Positions 24,617-33,395 of a DNA stretch of 34,490 bases are shown piece by piece. The notes beneath the pieces are model-generated. The model ran no database searches. It saw only the letters and a list, made by a program, of their open reading frames with translations, and was not told the DNA's origin. Location of the stretch: the IMG/VR virus record IMGVR_UViG_3300043765_000051, positions 1-34,490 of that record. One strand, 5' to 3'. This DNA is from a virus. Its lineage: Duplodnaviria; Caudoviricetes. The position numbers and the translations under genes were made by a program. Numbering within the stretch: position 1 is the stretch's first letter; every line of letters begins with the position of its first letter.

Positions 24617-25153
24617 TTACCGGCCAGTGCGCGCGCGGCGCAGCATGTCGGTGATTCCCTCGTGGGCGATTTTCTGACCGCGGCGGATGCGTTCGGCCGG
24701 CGTCATCTTGCGCCAGTCGGGGGGCAGGACGTCGGCGGGGCCGCGGCCGGTGGGTCCGCCGTAGGTGTCGGCCGAGGGCTCGGCCGTCTCACGCTGCAGC
24801 GTTGCGAACTTGAGCGCCGCATCGAATGAGCCGATCCCCTCGTCCTGGGCGAGCTTGCGGATCTCATCCGCCGTGAACCCAGCCGCCTCGGCAGCTCTGT
24901 CTTCCTTCTCGTGGCGCCGCGCGGTGCGGTCCTCGATGCTGCGCGCTTCCTGTTTCTCCTCCCACTTCGCCTGCCGGTCATCGAGCGATTTCATCTGATC
25001 GCGCAGGTCGAGCTCGGGGAACTGCAGGTCGGGCTTGATCTTGCGGGCGAGGCGCTTCCACTCCTCCTGAGCGGCAGGATCCTTGGCCTGGAGGAGGAGC
25101 TGGCCGAGGCCGAGCGCCTTGCGCTCATCGGGTGAGAGGTCATCGACGGCCAT
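24617..25153 (-). CDS. Scaffolding-like protein (178 aa)
   Basis: Highly charged helical/coiled-coil protein immediately upstream of the capsid gene; SD GGGAG. Confidence 0.6.
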   Translation of the reverse strand: MAVDDLSPDERKALGLGQLLLQAKDPAAQEEWKRLARKIKPDLQFPELDLRDQMKSLDDRQAKWEEKQEARSIEDRTARRHEKEDRAAEAAGFTADEIRKLAQDEGIGSFDAALKFATLQRETAEPSADTYGGPTGRGPADVLPPDWRKMTPAERIRRGQKIAHEGITDMLRRARTGR

Positions 25154-25241
25154 GGGCTCTCCCGGCGCGGCGGCGACTCAGGCGCGGTGAGCGCGGCAGA
25201 TTCTTCCGCATGGGCATCGAGATTGGCGGGCGTGCGCTCAT
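25140..25241 (-). CDS. 33-aa Arg-rich micro-protein
   Basis: Below ORF-track cutoff; ATGA overlap with the upstream stop, SD GGAG; MSARPPISMPMRKNLPRSPRLSRRRAGRAHGRR. Confidence 0.5.
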   Translation of the reverse strand: MSARPPISMPMRKNLPRSPRLSRRRAGRAHGRR

Positions 25242-25429
25242 ACAACATCTCCCGTGCCGGTGAGGCGCTTGTCGTTCTTGTTGATCATCTTCTTGGCACT
25301 CGATGCGCCACCCATTTCCATAAACCGAGGAGGGTTGCGGTTGCGGTTGTGCTCTTTGGCGTTCGATGTCGGGTCACGGAGCGTGCCGGCGTTGGGGGCC
25401 AGGAAGCGGCGACGGTTCTCGGAAGCCAT
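25238..25429 (-). CDS. Small basic protein (63 aa)
   Basis: SD AAGGAG; LRDP...NPPRF motif; in the head operon. Confidence 0.7.
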   Translation of the reverse strand: MASENRRRFLAPNAGTLRDPTSNAKEHNRNRNPPRFMEMGGASSAKKMINKNDKRLTGTGDVV

Positions 25430-25432
25430 GTG

Positions 25433-25597
25433 TCATCTCCTTGAGCTCGAGCGAGTGCCGCGGTTGGTCGGTCCCCGTTTGGCGTAACGGAGGAGCGGCG
25501 AGTCGCGACTGCCGGGTATGCGCATACGGTTGGTGTCGATGGTCGGGCGCGTGGCGCGCTGCTCGTTGCGGAGCCAAGTCGGGTCACGGCCGTTCAT
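25433..25597 (-). CDS. 54-aa basic micro-protein
   Basis: Below ORF-track cutoff; ATGA overlap; MNGRDPTWLRNEQRATRPTIDTNRMRIPGSRDSPLLRYAKRGPTNRGTRSSSRR; stop 3 nt before the next ATG. Confidence 0.6.
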   Translation of the reverse strand: MNGRDPTWLRNEQRATRPTIDTNRMRIPGSRDSPLLRYAKRGPTNRGTRSSSRR

Positions 25598-26082
25598 GGC
25601 GTGGGTCCTTCGGCTCCTGCGGGCGGCGCTCCCGGCCCCGGCGGTGATGCACCTGGTGGAAGTCCTCCCGGGCCTTGAGGAGCTGGCGGGGCGCCCGGTG
25701 GCTGCTGCTTATCCAGCATCACGTTCTTCATCTGCGCGGGACTCACGCCCTGATCGTCCTCTTCGGTCTTGCCGGTCTGCTTGACGACTGCGCGGATGAT
25801 GTCGAGGTACATCTTTCCCAGCGGGGTATGTGACCCCGCTAAGGGAAGTGCGTCTTCCGCCATGCGGAGGATCAGTTGCGCACGCGCGCGGGCGGCGGCT
25901 TCGTGGCCGCGGGGCGACTGGGGAGCCATCGCGGGAGCGGCACCGGGAGTGGGTTGACCGCCCAGGGCCATCGGCGTCGGTGGAGGTGCACCGGCAGCGG
26001 GACCGGGCGGAGGAGGCGCAGCACCGGGGGGCGGACCGCCCTGCGGCGGTACACCGGGAAGTTGATCGGCGGGGGTCGCCAT
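25594..26082 (-). CDS. Pro-rich protein downstream of portal
   Basis: Pro/Gly-rich ends around a helical core (ILRMAEDALPLAGSHTPLGKMYLDIIRAV); ATG 26082 or GTG 26088. Confidence 0.7.
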   Translation of the reverse strand: MATPADQLPGVPPQGGPPPGAAPPPPGPAAGAPPPTPMALGGQPTPGAAPAMAPQSPRGHEAAARARAQLILRMAEDALPLAGSHTPLGKMYLDIIRAVVKQTGKTEEDDQGVSPAQMKNVMLDKQQPPGAPPAPQGPGGLPPGASPPGPGAPPAGAEGPTP

Positions 26083-26121
26083 GCCCACCGGCTAGCGCGG
26101 GACGAATCCTGCGCCAAACGC

Positions 26122-26149
26122 CCGAGGACCGGCAAGTGCCGGCCCCCGG
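26122..26149 (-). terminator. GC-rich stem-loop, weak terminator or processing site
   Basis: Minus-strand CCGGGGGCCGGC-ACTT-GCCGGTCCTCGG (12-bp stem with two G-U pairs) followed only by GCGTTT. Confidence 0.35.
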
Positions 26150-26168
26150 ATTGCGCTAACCGTCGACT

Positions 26169-26216
26169 CTAGCGACGGCGATAACGACGGCGACGCGGCA
26201 GCTCTTTGTAGTCCAT
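26169..26216 (-). CDS. 15-aa Arg-rich micro-peptide MDYKELPRRRRYRRR
   Basis: ATG 26216 with GGAG 7 nt upstream; TAG stop; 7 of the last 8 codons are Arg. Confidence 0.55.
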   Translation of the reverse strand: MDYKELPRRRRYRRR

Positions 26217-26267
26217 GTCATTGCTCCGGGTAAGTGGTTCCCGGCGTGCTTGCGAAGGGGGAGTCTA

Positions 26268-26336
26268 TCACCGGCCTTTGCGGGCTCTCATGCGGCGGGC
26301 GCGGCGGGTCTGACGCAGACGACGTAAGCGGGCCAT
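26268..26336 (-). CDS. 22-aa Arg-rich micro-peptide MARLRRLRQTRRARRMRARKGR
   Basis: SD AGGAG overlapping the portal stop; 11 Arg and 1 Lys, no acidic residue. Confidence 0.65.
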   Translation of the reverse strand: MARLRRLRQTRRARRMRARKGR

Positions 26337-26345
26337 GGGCTTCTC

Positions 26346-28145
26346 CTACCCCGGCGTGCCCTGCGACTCTACTCCGCCACCGTTCGCCCTGCTGCCCCGC
26401 GCGCGTCCGCGGATACCGGCGAGCTGGGCCTTCTTCAGCTCGAACTGCTCCTGCTCCTGATGCTGTTTCGCTTCGAGCGGCTCGATTTCGTTCTCCAGTT
26501 CGTAGATGAGCTGCTCACGGTTCGGTATCGAGAGCATCCGCAGCGCGCTCTTGCGGGTAATCATCTTTCCCTTGAGCAGCTGGAAGACGAGCGCGGTGAG
26601 GTCATCGACGAAGATCGGGCTGTTCGAGTGCGCGTCCACTTTCACGAGGAAGTCGTCGGGGAGCTGCTTGAGGATGAACTCCTCCTTCTCTTTCTTCCCC
26701 GGCTGCACCTCGGCCTCGAAGTGCGTCGGGTCGTACTTGCGCATCAGCTTCAACGTGTACGTGGCGAGCGCTTCGAGGGAGTCTTCAATAATGAGTGCGC
26801 GCTTGCGGGCGCGGGCCGATCCCAACTTAGCTAGATCCATGGCGTGACCGCCCGCTCTCACTCCGGGGGGATTCTTGCCCTGGGTGATGGGCGGCAGTCC
26901 CGAGGTGTTCTCGAAGTCGGCATCGTTGCGCTCGAGGCGCGCGTAGAGGTCGGCGGGCAGCTCGATCTGGATGCGCTCGGCGCGCGGTCCTCCGCCCCCG
27001 GTGCCGGCCGGATCCGGCTGGTTCAGGAGTCCATTCGGCGTGTCGAGCGTGTACTGCAGCTCGTAGAGGTCGCCGGGGAAGCCGGAAGTGGTCGAGGGCG
27101 GGTGGGCCTGCAGATCGCAGAGGTGGTCGATTTGAGCCAAGTAGCGGTTGCGCTGCATCTGCAGCGGGATGAGCCGCTCAACCTCGCTGATGCCCCAGAA
27201 GTAGTGAGGATCGGGGTTCGGGCAAATCTGGATGAACGGCGGATCGTGCGGCAGTCCCCCGGCCTCCTCGTTCGGTCGGTCGAAGATCGGGATGTCGGGG
27301 TCGGCGAAGGTCGCGATGCGGTAGTCGTGGAGCCGGTCGTCCCACACGTACAGCTCGCACATCTCGATGAGCTCCTCCTTGACGCGCGGCACGTACTGGA
27401 GACTCGCCTCCGACATCCAATCCACCGTGCCGACTCCAGTGGGTGGACCCACCGTTCCCCCGAGCGGCGACTGCGCGCTCATCACGATGCGGTCGATTCC
27501 CGCCTCCTGCGCCTCGATCATGCCCGAGGCCCTTGTCGCCACCTTGCGCAGGATCTCCTCCAGGCGCGGCACCATGGCGAAGTCGTTGCGGGCTTGGCTG
27601 AGAGTCATGCTGTACCAATGGCAGAAGGCCTCCTGCTTGGACAACATCATGGTGTCCTCACGGAGCACTCCGAAATTATGGGGATACACCACGCCCGGGT
27701 AGGGGACATTTCCCCGCCACAGCGGCTTGATGAACATCGAGTCGAACACCAGCGCTCGAAGTAACGCCGCGCCGAAAATGATGTCCGTATTCGAGGCGTG
27801 CCAAACGGTGTTCACCTGATTGTTCACGACCGGCAACCACTGACGGTAGGGGAGCGGTATCGCGGCCCCGAGTTCGGTCGAGAAGCGCGTCGTCTCCTGC
27901 GAGTAGAGGAAGGCGGTCAACTGATCCAGGTGCGGCCAGATCTTGTTGGCGGCGGGGGGGCCGGTCCCTAAGTCGATGTCGGTGTTGGCGAGACTCGCAT
28001 CCGTGCCGTACAGCCAGTAGTAGCGCCGCGAGGTGTACCTCACCCGCCGGTCATCGCGACTGACGCGGCAGCGGCCGATCAGCTCGCGGAAAAAATCAAA
28101 CCGCTTGAATCGGTCGCGCCGCGAATCTCCTTGCGGAATTTTCAT
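26346..28145 (-). CDS. Portal protein (599 aa)
   Basis: Size and position between terL and head genes; motifs NKIWPHLDQL..FLY, YFWGISEVERLIPLQ, SGLPPITQG...GVR. Confidence 0.85.
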   Translation of the reverse strand: MKIPQGDSRRDRFKRFDFFRELIGRCRVSRDDRRVRYTSRRYYWLYGTDASLANTDIDLGTGPPAANKIWPHLDQLTAFLYSQETTRFSTELGAAIPLPYRQWLPVVNNQVNTVWHASNTDIIFGAALLRALVFDSMFIKPLWRGNVPYPGVVYPHNFGVLREDTMMLSKQEAFCHWYSMTLSQARNDFAMVPRLEEILRKVATRASGMIEAQEAGIDRIVMSAQSPLGGTVGPPTGVGTVDWMSEASLQYVPRVKEELIEMCELYVWDDRLHDYRIATFADPDIPIFDRPNEEAGGLPHDPPFIQICPNPDPHYFWGISEVERLIPLQMQRNRYLAQIDHLCDLQAHPPSTTSGFPGDLYELQYTLDTPNGLLNQPDPAGTGGGGPRAERIQIELPADLYARLERNDADFENTSGLPPITQGKNPPGVRAGGHAMDLAKLGSARARKRALIIEDSLEALATYTLKLMRKYDPTHFEAEVQPGKKEKEEFILKQLPDDFLVKVDAHSNSPIFVDDLTALVFQLLKGKMITRKSALRMLSIPNREQLIYELENEIEPLEAKQHQEQEQFELKKAQLAGIRGRARGSRANGGGVESQGTPG

Positions 28146-28368
28146 CGAGCGTTCCTATGTGCTTTCTGACGGCCGCATCGAAGAGTTCGACCTCGACGAT
28201 GGAGCGCCAGGTGCCCGGGGCGTGGCAGACCACGGTCGTGAGGATGCCGTCCACGCGGGTCGACACGACGAGGGTTCCTTCGACGGAGGTGTTGTACGTC
28301 TCGGCCTCGAGCTCGTAGACGCTGCGGACGCCGCGCGCGTCCCCGGTCACAATCCGAAACACTCTCAT
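28096..28368 (-). CDS. Hypothetical protein (90 aa)
   Basis: ATGA-coupled; SD GAGGAG; beta-rich. Confidence 0.6.
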   Translation of the reverse strand: MRVFRIVTGDARGVRSVYELEAETYNTSVEGTLVVSTRVDGILTTVVCHAPGTWRSIVEVELFDAAVRKHIGTLDENSARRFAARPIQAV

Positions 28369-28868
28369 CGGTCACTCCTCGGCTTGCCGGCGTACATGAG
28401 GGGGGGGAGCGGTTCAAGGGGCGGGGAGCCGTAATGGCGGGTCTTGCCGTCCTTGCCGGTGCGCCACTCGGTGCGGTTGTAGGGGTGGCCGAAGCCGGAG
28501 TTGGTGAGTCCGTTGGCACCGTGGGGAAGCTTCGCCACATCGACTTGACCCGACAGACCCGCCACGTTCCACGTGGAGCCGGCCTGCGCGGTGATTGGAT
28601 TGCGGGACTTCAGGTAATTCTTTTCCGCGACGGAGCCGCCCGGGGTGGAGGGGGACACGTCAATATCCAGCAAGCCTTGAGCGTCCGCCATTTCCCGTAC
28701 GAGCCGGGTCGAGGTCTTCACACGCTCGCTGGCGATCGACACCTTGGTATGGATGAGGGCGACGAAGGCCTTCGAGCACCCTTTCGGGCATTGAGGTATG
28801 ACGCCAGCTTGAACTCTGGCCTCGAACCGTCCGTGCGCCGCGCACTCGAAGTCGTGCAGCACGCTCAT
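28365..28868 (-). CDS. FmdB-like zinc-ribbon protein (167 aa)
   Basis: N-terminal HDFECAAHGRFE...CPKGC (CxxH...CPxxC) resembles the FmdB-family ribbon; ATGA coupling. Confidence 0.65.
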   Translation of the reverse strand: MSVLHDFECAAHGRFEARVQAGVIPQCPKGCSKAFVALIHTKVSIASERVKTSTRLVREMADAQGLLDIDVSPSTPGGSVAEKNYLKSRNPITAQAGSTWNVAGLSGQVDVAKLPHGANGLTNSGFGHPYNRTEWRTGKDGKTRHYGSPPLEPLPPLMYAGKPRSDR

Positions 28869-29362
28869 GGCTTCCAGCCGGGCTCATCGAGGCAACGCCA
28901 GCGCTCGGGGTTATCGAGCAGCGTCTTGAACGAGGGCAACTTCGCGGCCGGGCGCTCGAAGACTGACACCTGGCTCAGCCGTCCGGTCTTCAGGTCGAAC
29001 TGCATCTTGGGCCGCATCTTGAGCGGCACCGGGTGGTCGGCGATGACGGCGACGCCGCTCCAGCCGGGGAAAGCGGTCTTGTAGTACTTGAGGCGCCGAC
29101 AGACGAGCTCGCCCGAGATGATTCGCTTCAGCACCCTGGAGAATCGCATCTGCCGGGTGGGCCACAGCCACACCCTTCCTGAAGCGTGACCGCGGAGGTT
29201 CGTCGGGTACTTGAGCCCGAGCGTGCGGGCGAGGGCCATGTTGGGCCAGCCGTGGTGATCGAGGAGTTCGGTGATCCACCACCTAATCTCATCGCAGCTC
29301 ATGCAGTCGGGCGGGGCGACCCAGCGTCGGGTGCGCAGGCGCTTCGTGCGGTCAGGCATCAT
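28865..29362 (-). CDS. Hypothetical basic protein, possible HTH
   Basis: 165 aa; WPNMALARTLGLKYPTNLR resembles an HTH; between terL and portal. Confidence 0.55.
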   Translation of the reverse strand: MMPDRTKRLRTRRWVAPPDCMSCDEIRWWITELLDHHGWPNMALARTLGLKYPTNLRGHASGRVWLWPTRQMRFSRVLKRIISGELVCRRLKYYKTAFPGWSGVAVIADHPVPLKMRPKMQFDLKTGRLSQVSVFERPAAKLPSFKTLLDNPERWRCLDEPGWKP

Positions 29363-29422
29363 GTGAAGGCACCGGCTCCGTGCACCGGCAACGACCGAGG
29401 CGAAGGGACAATACCTGTGACG

Positions 29423-31312
29423 TCACCCGGAGCCGGCACCAGGGGGGAGTCTACCCGCGGGCGGGGCCGGAATGCCAAGGAGTCGCCGCTGGCGGTCGGC
29501 GAGGCGCTGGTAGACCGTGGGAGGCTTCATCTGCCCGCCGGACAAGGCGAGCTGCCGCTGGTTCTCTTCCAGCTGGAAGGAGATGCCCTGCAGCATCAGC
29601 CGCGGCCGGAGCCGGTCGAGCCACGCCTGGATCGCCAGCGCCGCCCCGATGACCCTATCGTCCTTGTGACGGTTGCTCCCCCCCGGCGCCTTGCCCGGCT
29701 CCTGCTCGATCCAGCGCATCTCCTCCAAGAGCGGTATCGAGTGGATGATGGCGAGGCCGCGCGCGAAGTAGTCCCTGAAGTTCCCCATGTACCTATTTTT
29801 CTCCTTGAAGGTGCTCTGCGTCCCCCGGGCGGTCGGGTTGCGCGTCATGGCGTCGAAGCGGCTGTAGAAGAACTCGCGCATGCCGCCCAAGAAGTTGTGG
29901 AGCTGCTTGCGGTCGGTGGGCGCACCACTGAAGCGCTGACGTCGCAGGTTGTCGATTTCGGTGAGCACGGCCGCCCCCGGGCCGTTGATTTCGAGATTCC
30001 AAACGCACGGCGAGTAGAGGCCGGCCATGTAGCACAGCACCCACGCGAACTGGTACGGCAGAAACGTCGGGCTCCAGAACTCCGCCACCTGTTCGGCTCG
30101 GTCTGACCAACACCGCCACACGCTGATCGTATTCGCGTCCGCCCAATCGGAGGAGCCGTAGATCGGGTCCGCCCCGAGTGTGTAATAGGCCTTCTCCTCG
30201 GGAGCGGCATAGATCGTGAGGTTACTCACCTTGCGCGGCGACTCGACGATCTGCGTGTCGGTGAGGCGCTGCTGAATCTCGATGCGCAGATGCCGGGGGA
30301 CAGGCTCGCCGTTCAATCTGCGGCGCGTCGCGGTCAGGTCTTTGCTGGCGTAGTACTGAGTCCCGGTCGTGACGAAGGCAGTCTCCGCCAACCACGGCAT
30401 CTCGCTCTTGGCGAGGTCGGGATCGGCGGTCTTCTCTTCCGTGTACCAGCGGTACCAGGCGATCTGCTCGGGTACCAGCTCCTTGGTGCCGTAGAGGTAT
30501 TCGAGACAATCGCCGTACAGCACTGACACGTCGTGCGCGAGCCGACTCTCTTCCGCCGTCATGCGGCCCTGCTGCCCCCAGTACACTTTGTAGAGCTGAT
30601 GGTCCTTCTTGTAGCGGTACAGCTCATGCGCCCACCACGAGACGAAGATCGCCTTCTGCGTGACCGCACGTTCGGCGATACGCCACTGCTCCTCAAACGC
30701 ATTAAAACCGCTCGCGGTCGATTCCCACAGATACAGACGCGCCGGGTTCTTCTCGGCGAGCGAGTTCTTCAATACCTGGAAGGAACCCTGATCGCCCCAG
30801 AAAGCCACCTCAGTCCCGTGACAGAAGGCGTTGCCCTTGGCGCGTCCCAACTTTACGGTTTCGCCTACCCGGGTGCCTGCGATCTGATATTCGAGCCGGC
30901 TCATCTGACCGTCGCGGTGCCGCCATACGAACTCGTTGCGATTGTGCGTGGGACTGTACGGCTTGTAGGCCTTCGGCAGGCGTCGATAGGCCTCCGCGAG
31001 CTGCGTGCGAAAGTTGACGAAGGTCTTTTCATCCTGCGTCACCAGAGTCCCGTCCATGCCACCGTGGGTGAAGAGCCACCACAGATCGAGCGCCAGGAAC
31101 ACCGTTGACATGCCGAGCTGCCGGCACTTGAGCACGGTGAAGTCGTGGACGTCCTTATCGAACCCGGCGGCAATCTCGCGCATCACCCAGCGTTGCGGCC
31201 CGTAAGGCCGTCGCAGCCGGATCGTTCCATACTCCTTGGAGTTGATGACGAGCTGCGCGGCGAAGCGCCAGAACTCCTCAATCGCGAACCGTTCAGGCGT
31301 AGCGGTGACCAC
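29423..31312 (-). CDS. terL: Terminase large subunit
   Basis: Walker A VLKCRQLGMST, Walker B FCHGTEVAFW, motif III ESTASG, RNase H-like nuclease motifs LGADP, LEINGPG, KDDRVIG. Exact start uncertain. Confidence 0.95.
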   Translation of the reverse strand: MVTATPERFAIEEFWRFAAQLVINSKEYGTIRLRRPYGPQRWVMREIAAGFDKDVHDFTVLKCRQLGMSTVFLALDLWWLFTHGGMDGTLVTQDEKTFVNFRTQLAEAYRRLPKAYKPYSPTHNRNEFVWRHRDGQMSRLEYQIAGTRVGETVKLGRAKGNAFCHGTEVAFWGDQGSFQVLKNSLAEKNPARLYLWESTASGFNAFEEQWRIAERAVTQKAIFVSWWAHELYRYKKDHQLYKVYWGQQGRMTAEESRLAHDVSVLYGDCLEYLYGTKELVPEQIAWYRWYTEEKTADPDLAKSEMPWLAETAFVTTGTQYYASKDLTATRRRLNGEPVPRHLRIEIQQRLTDTQIVESPRKVSNLTIYAAPEEKAYYTLGADPIYGSSDWADANTISVWRCWSDRAEQVAEFWSPTFLPYQFAWVLCYMAGLYSPCVWNLEINGPGAAVLTEIDNLRRQRFSGAPTDRKQLHNFLGGMREFFYSRFDAMTRNPTARGTQSTFKEKNRYMGNFRDYFARGLAIIHSIPLLEEMRWIEQEPGKAPGGSNRHKDDRVIGAALAIQAWLDRLRPRLMLQGISFQLEENQRQLALSGGQMKPPTVYQRLADRQRRLLGIPAPPAGRLPPGAGSG

Positions 31313-31400
31313 CTCTAGAGGGTGAGGCCTGCGGGGGAATGGGTAAAGGCTTGACCGGCGTGCTCACCGCTCCCGTGCCTTCCGTCGTCTGCCATTTCAT
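31293..31400 (-). CDS. Possible 35-aa coupling ORF between tailspike and terL
   Basis: ATGA overlap with the tailspike stop; MKWQTTEGTGAVSTPVKPLPIPPQASPSRGGHRYA; ends just inside the terL start. Confidence 0.3.
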   Translation of the reverse strand: MKWQTTEGTGAVSTPVKPLPIPPQASPSRGGHRYA

Positions 31401-32902
31401 AAGGGCTCCGTGAGCTGCGTAAAGCCGCTCGCCGCATTGACCGTGAGTCCGGGGGGGTAGCCGCCGACGCTCGCGACGCGCTGCAGGCAATCGGCGTTGA
31501 TGTGACAGGGAGGGCCGGTGAGGGCCACCGTGGTCTGTAACGTGCTCGCCATCTTGCCGCGGATCACGAACTGATCGAACAGCGGCAGCGCGGTAGAACT
31601 CGCGAAGTTGGTGCTCGTGCCATCGGGCAGATAGTCGAACTTGATGCCGTAGCCGTTCGCCACGACGTTGTTCTCGGCGTAGTCGAGATAGACCGACTCG
31701 ATGACCGGGACGCTGCCCTGGACGGCGGCTAAGCCCTGCACCTGGAAGTTCACCTTCGGCACCATCTGCGACTGCCCCGGCTGATTGAGCGCGGTGTAGC
31801 GCAGGTGCAGGTGCCGGGTCGAGAGCGAGTAGGCCTTCACGAGCGGCGAGTAGCCGAAGTTCACCCCGTCGCCGACGCAGCTGAGGGCCACGTTCTCGAC
31901 GCCGTAGAGAAAGAACGGCCGCGACACCGAGGAGTAGAGATTCTCGATACGCGAGTGATTGCCAGCGTTGTGGAGCGCGATGCCGTACTCGCAGCCCGCG
32001 GCGCGCGTGTTGCCGGTGAGCGATAAGTGCTCGACGGTGGCGCCGGCATGGGGATCGGCCGTGCAGTAGAGGGCGCTGTACATGGCGGTGACGTTGAGAT
32101 CCGAGATCGCGATGGCGCTCGAGCCCGGGCTCGCGTTGGACGCCACGACGCACACCGCGTTCGGGGCTGCGACCTTGACGATGGGACCGGCACCATCGAC
32201 GTTCGTCACCGTCGCTGAGAAGCCACTGCCACTGCCACCGAACGCCCCCGCGGGAGCCGTCAACCCATCACCGACTTGATAGTTGCCGCCGGGATAGAGG
32301 ATGCCGAGCGCGCTCACTTGCCCGCCCGCGACCGTCACGCCCACCGTCGCACCGCTCCCCGAGCCGCCCGCGAGTCCCACGTTGTTGTAGTAGCCGTTCA
32401 CGTAGCCCGAGCCGCCCGCGGTCACCGCGAGCGCCGTCACCCCACTACTCATCAGCTGCGTGCCGCGGATCGTCGGACTCACGAGCCGCAAGCGCTGACA
32501 GCCGTGAAAGAGCATGAACGCCCCGCCCTGGACGATCCTCGTGGTCAGCACCGCGCCTGAGAAATCCATCGTGATGTCGTGACCGCCCGCCAAGATGAGG
32601 GCCGCCTGATAGGGCTGGTAGAGAATCGAACCATCGGCCTGCTGCTGCGGAGTACTGAAGGGGGAGGCCGGATCCAAGGTATTGACCGCATAGATCCCGG
32701 GCGCGAACCTCAGCACCCCACCGCCGGCCGCGACACACGCCGCCCACGCCGCGCGGATCGCGGGTCCACACTCACTCACCCCGTCCGCCACCGCCCCGAA
32801 CCCGCCGACATCAAAGAGCGCCGTGCGCGCGCCATCGACCTCGTTAAGCCACGCGGCGGAGACGGTCCCCTGGCGGTCGACGAACCTCTGCAGCGGCAAC
32901 AT
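31397..32902 (-). CDS. Tailspike / depolymerase-like right-handed beta-helix protein (501 aa)
   Basis: Pectate_lyase_3-type opening DVGGFGAVADGVSECGPAIRAA...GGGVLRFAPGIY; N-terminal TVSAAWLNEVD virion-anchor-like motif. Confidence 0.75.
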   Translation of the reverse strand: MLPLQRFVDRQGTVSAAWLNEVDGARTALFDVGGFGAVADGVSECGPAIRAAWAACVAAGGGVLRFAPGIYAVNTLDPASPFSTPQQQADGSILYQPYQAALILAGGHDITMDFSGAVLTTRIVQGGAFMLFHGCQRLRLVSPTIRGTQLMSSGVTALAVTAGGSGYVNGYYNNVGLAGGSGSGATVGVTVAGGQVSALGILYPGGNYQVGDGLTAPAGAFGGSGSGFSATVTNVDGAGPIVKVAAPNAVCVVASNASPGSSAIAISDLNVTAMYSALYCTADPHAGATVEHLSLTGNTRAAGCEYGIALHNAGNHSRIENLYSSVSRPFFLYGVENVALSCVGDGVNFGYSPLVKAYSLSTRHLHLRYTALNQPGQSQMVPKVNFQVQGLAAVQGSVPVIESVYLDYAENNVVANGYGIKFDYLPDGTSTNFASSTALPLFDQFVIRGKMASTLQTTVALTGPPCHINADCLQRVASVGGYPPGLTVNAASGFTQLTEPL

Positions 32903-33395
32903 CCGCCAATCCTACCCCGGGCACCGCCAGCCCCGGAACCGCTAGCCCCGGCACGAACGGACTCAACAGCGGCCGCGGCGCCGGGGTTGCCGGCGGACTC
33001 ACCGCAAACTGCTGCGGCAACGCACTCGCCTCCTCACACTCCCGCTTCAGGAGCGCATCCCACGTCCAGTCCACCCTTAATGCTTCCGCGTTCTGCCACT
33101 CCACCCACTGCGCTCTTCCGTTCTGCCAGCCGACGAGGTGCGGACGCACCCAGCCCGCGATGAGCCCGAGAACCTTCACCCGGTTGCAGAGCACCCGCCA
33201 CCGCCCCACGCGATCCAAGTGATAGCCGTTCAAATCCCGCGGCCGCCCCTCACTGCACCCCTGACATCGCCACGGACACCCCAGGAGCGGACACTTCAAC
33301 GCGCCGATGAACGGACAGCTCGCTTGACACTTCGCCAACCGCTCGCGGTTGAACGGACTCACCCCATCGAGCGGATTGTCCGCGGGACAAGTCAC
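32844..33395 (-). CDS. Cys/Trp-rich hypothetical protein
   Basis: Probable GTG start at 33395 (GTGA overlap); Cys cluster CQASC...CPLLGCPWRCQGC; C-terminus overlaps the tailspike start. Confidence 0.5.
   Translation of the reverse strand: MTCPADNPLDGVSPFNRERLAKCQASCPFIGALKCPLLGCPWRCQGCSEGRPRDLNGYHLDRVGRWRVLCNRVKVLGLIAGWVRPHLVGWQNGRAQWVEWQNAEALRVDWTWDALLKRECEEASALPQQFAVSPPATPAPRPLLSPFVPGLAVPGLAVPGVGLADVAAAEVRRPPGDRLRRVA

Noticed and set aside
31293-32153. 286-aa Arg-rich minus-strand ORF upstream of terL as a possible TerS
   Set aside because: Mostly an alternative frame of the tailspike gene; only the last 35 codons are plausible as a separate ORF.
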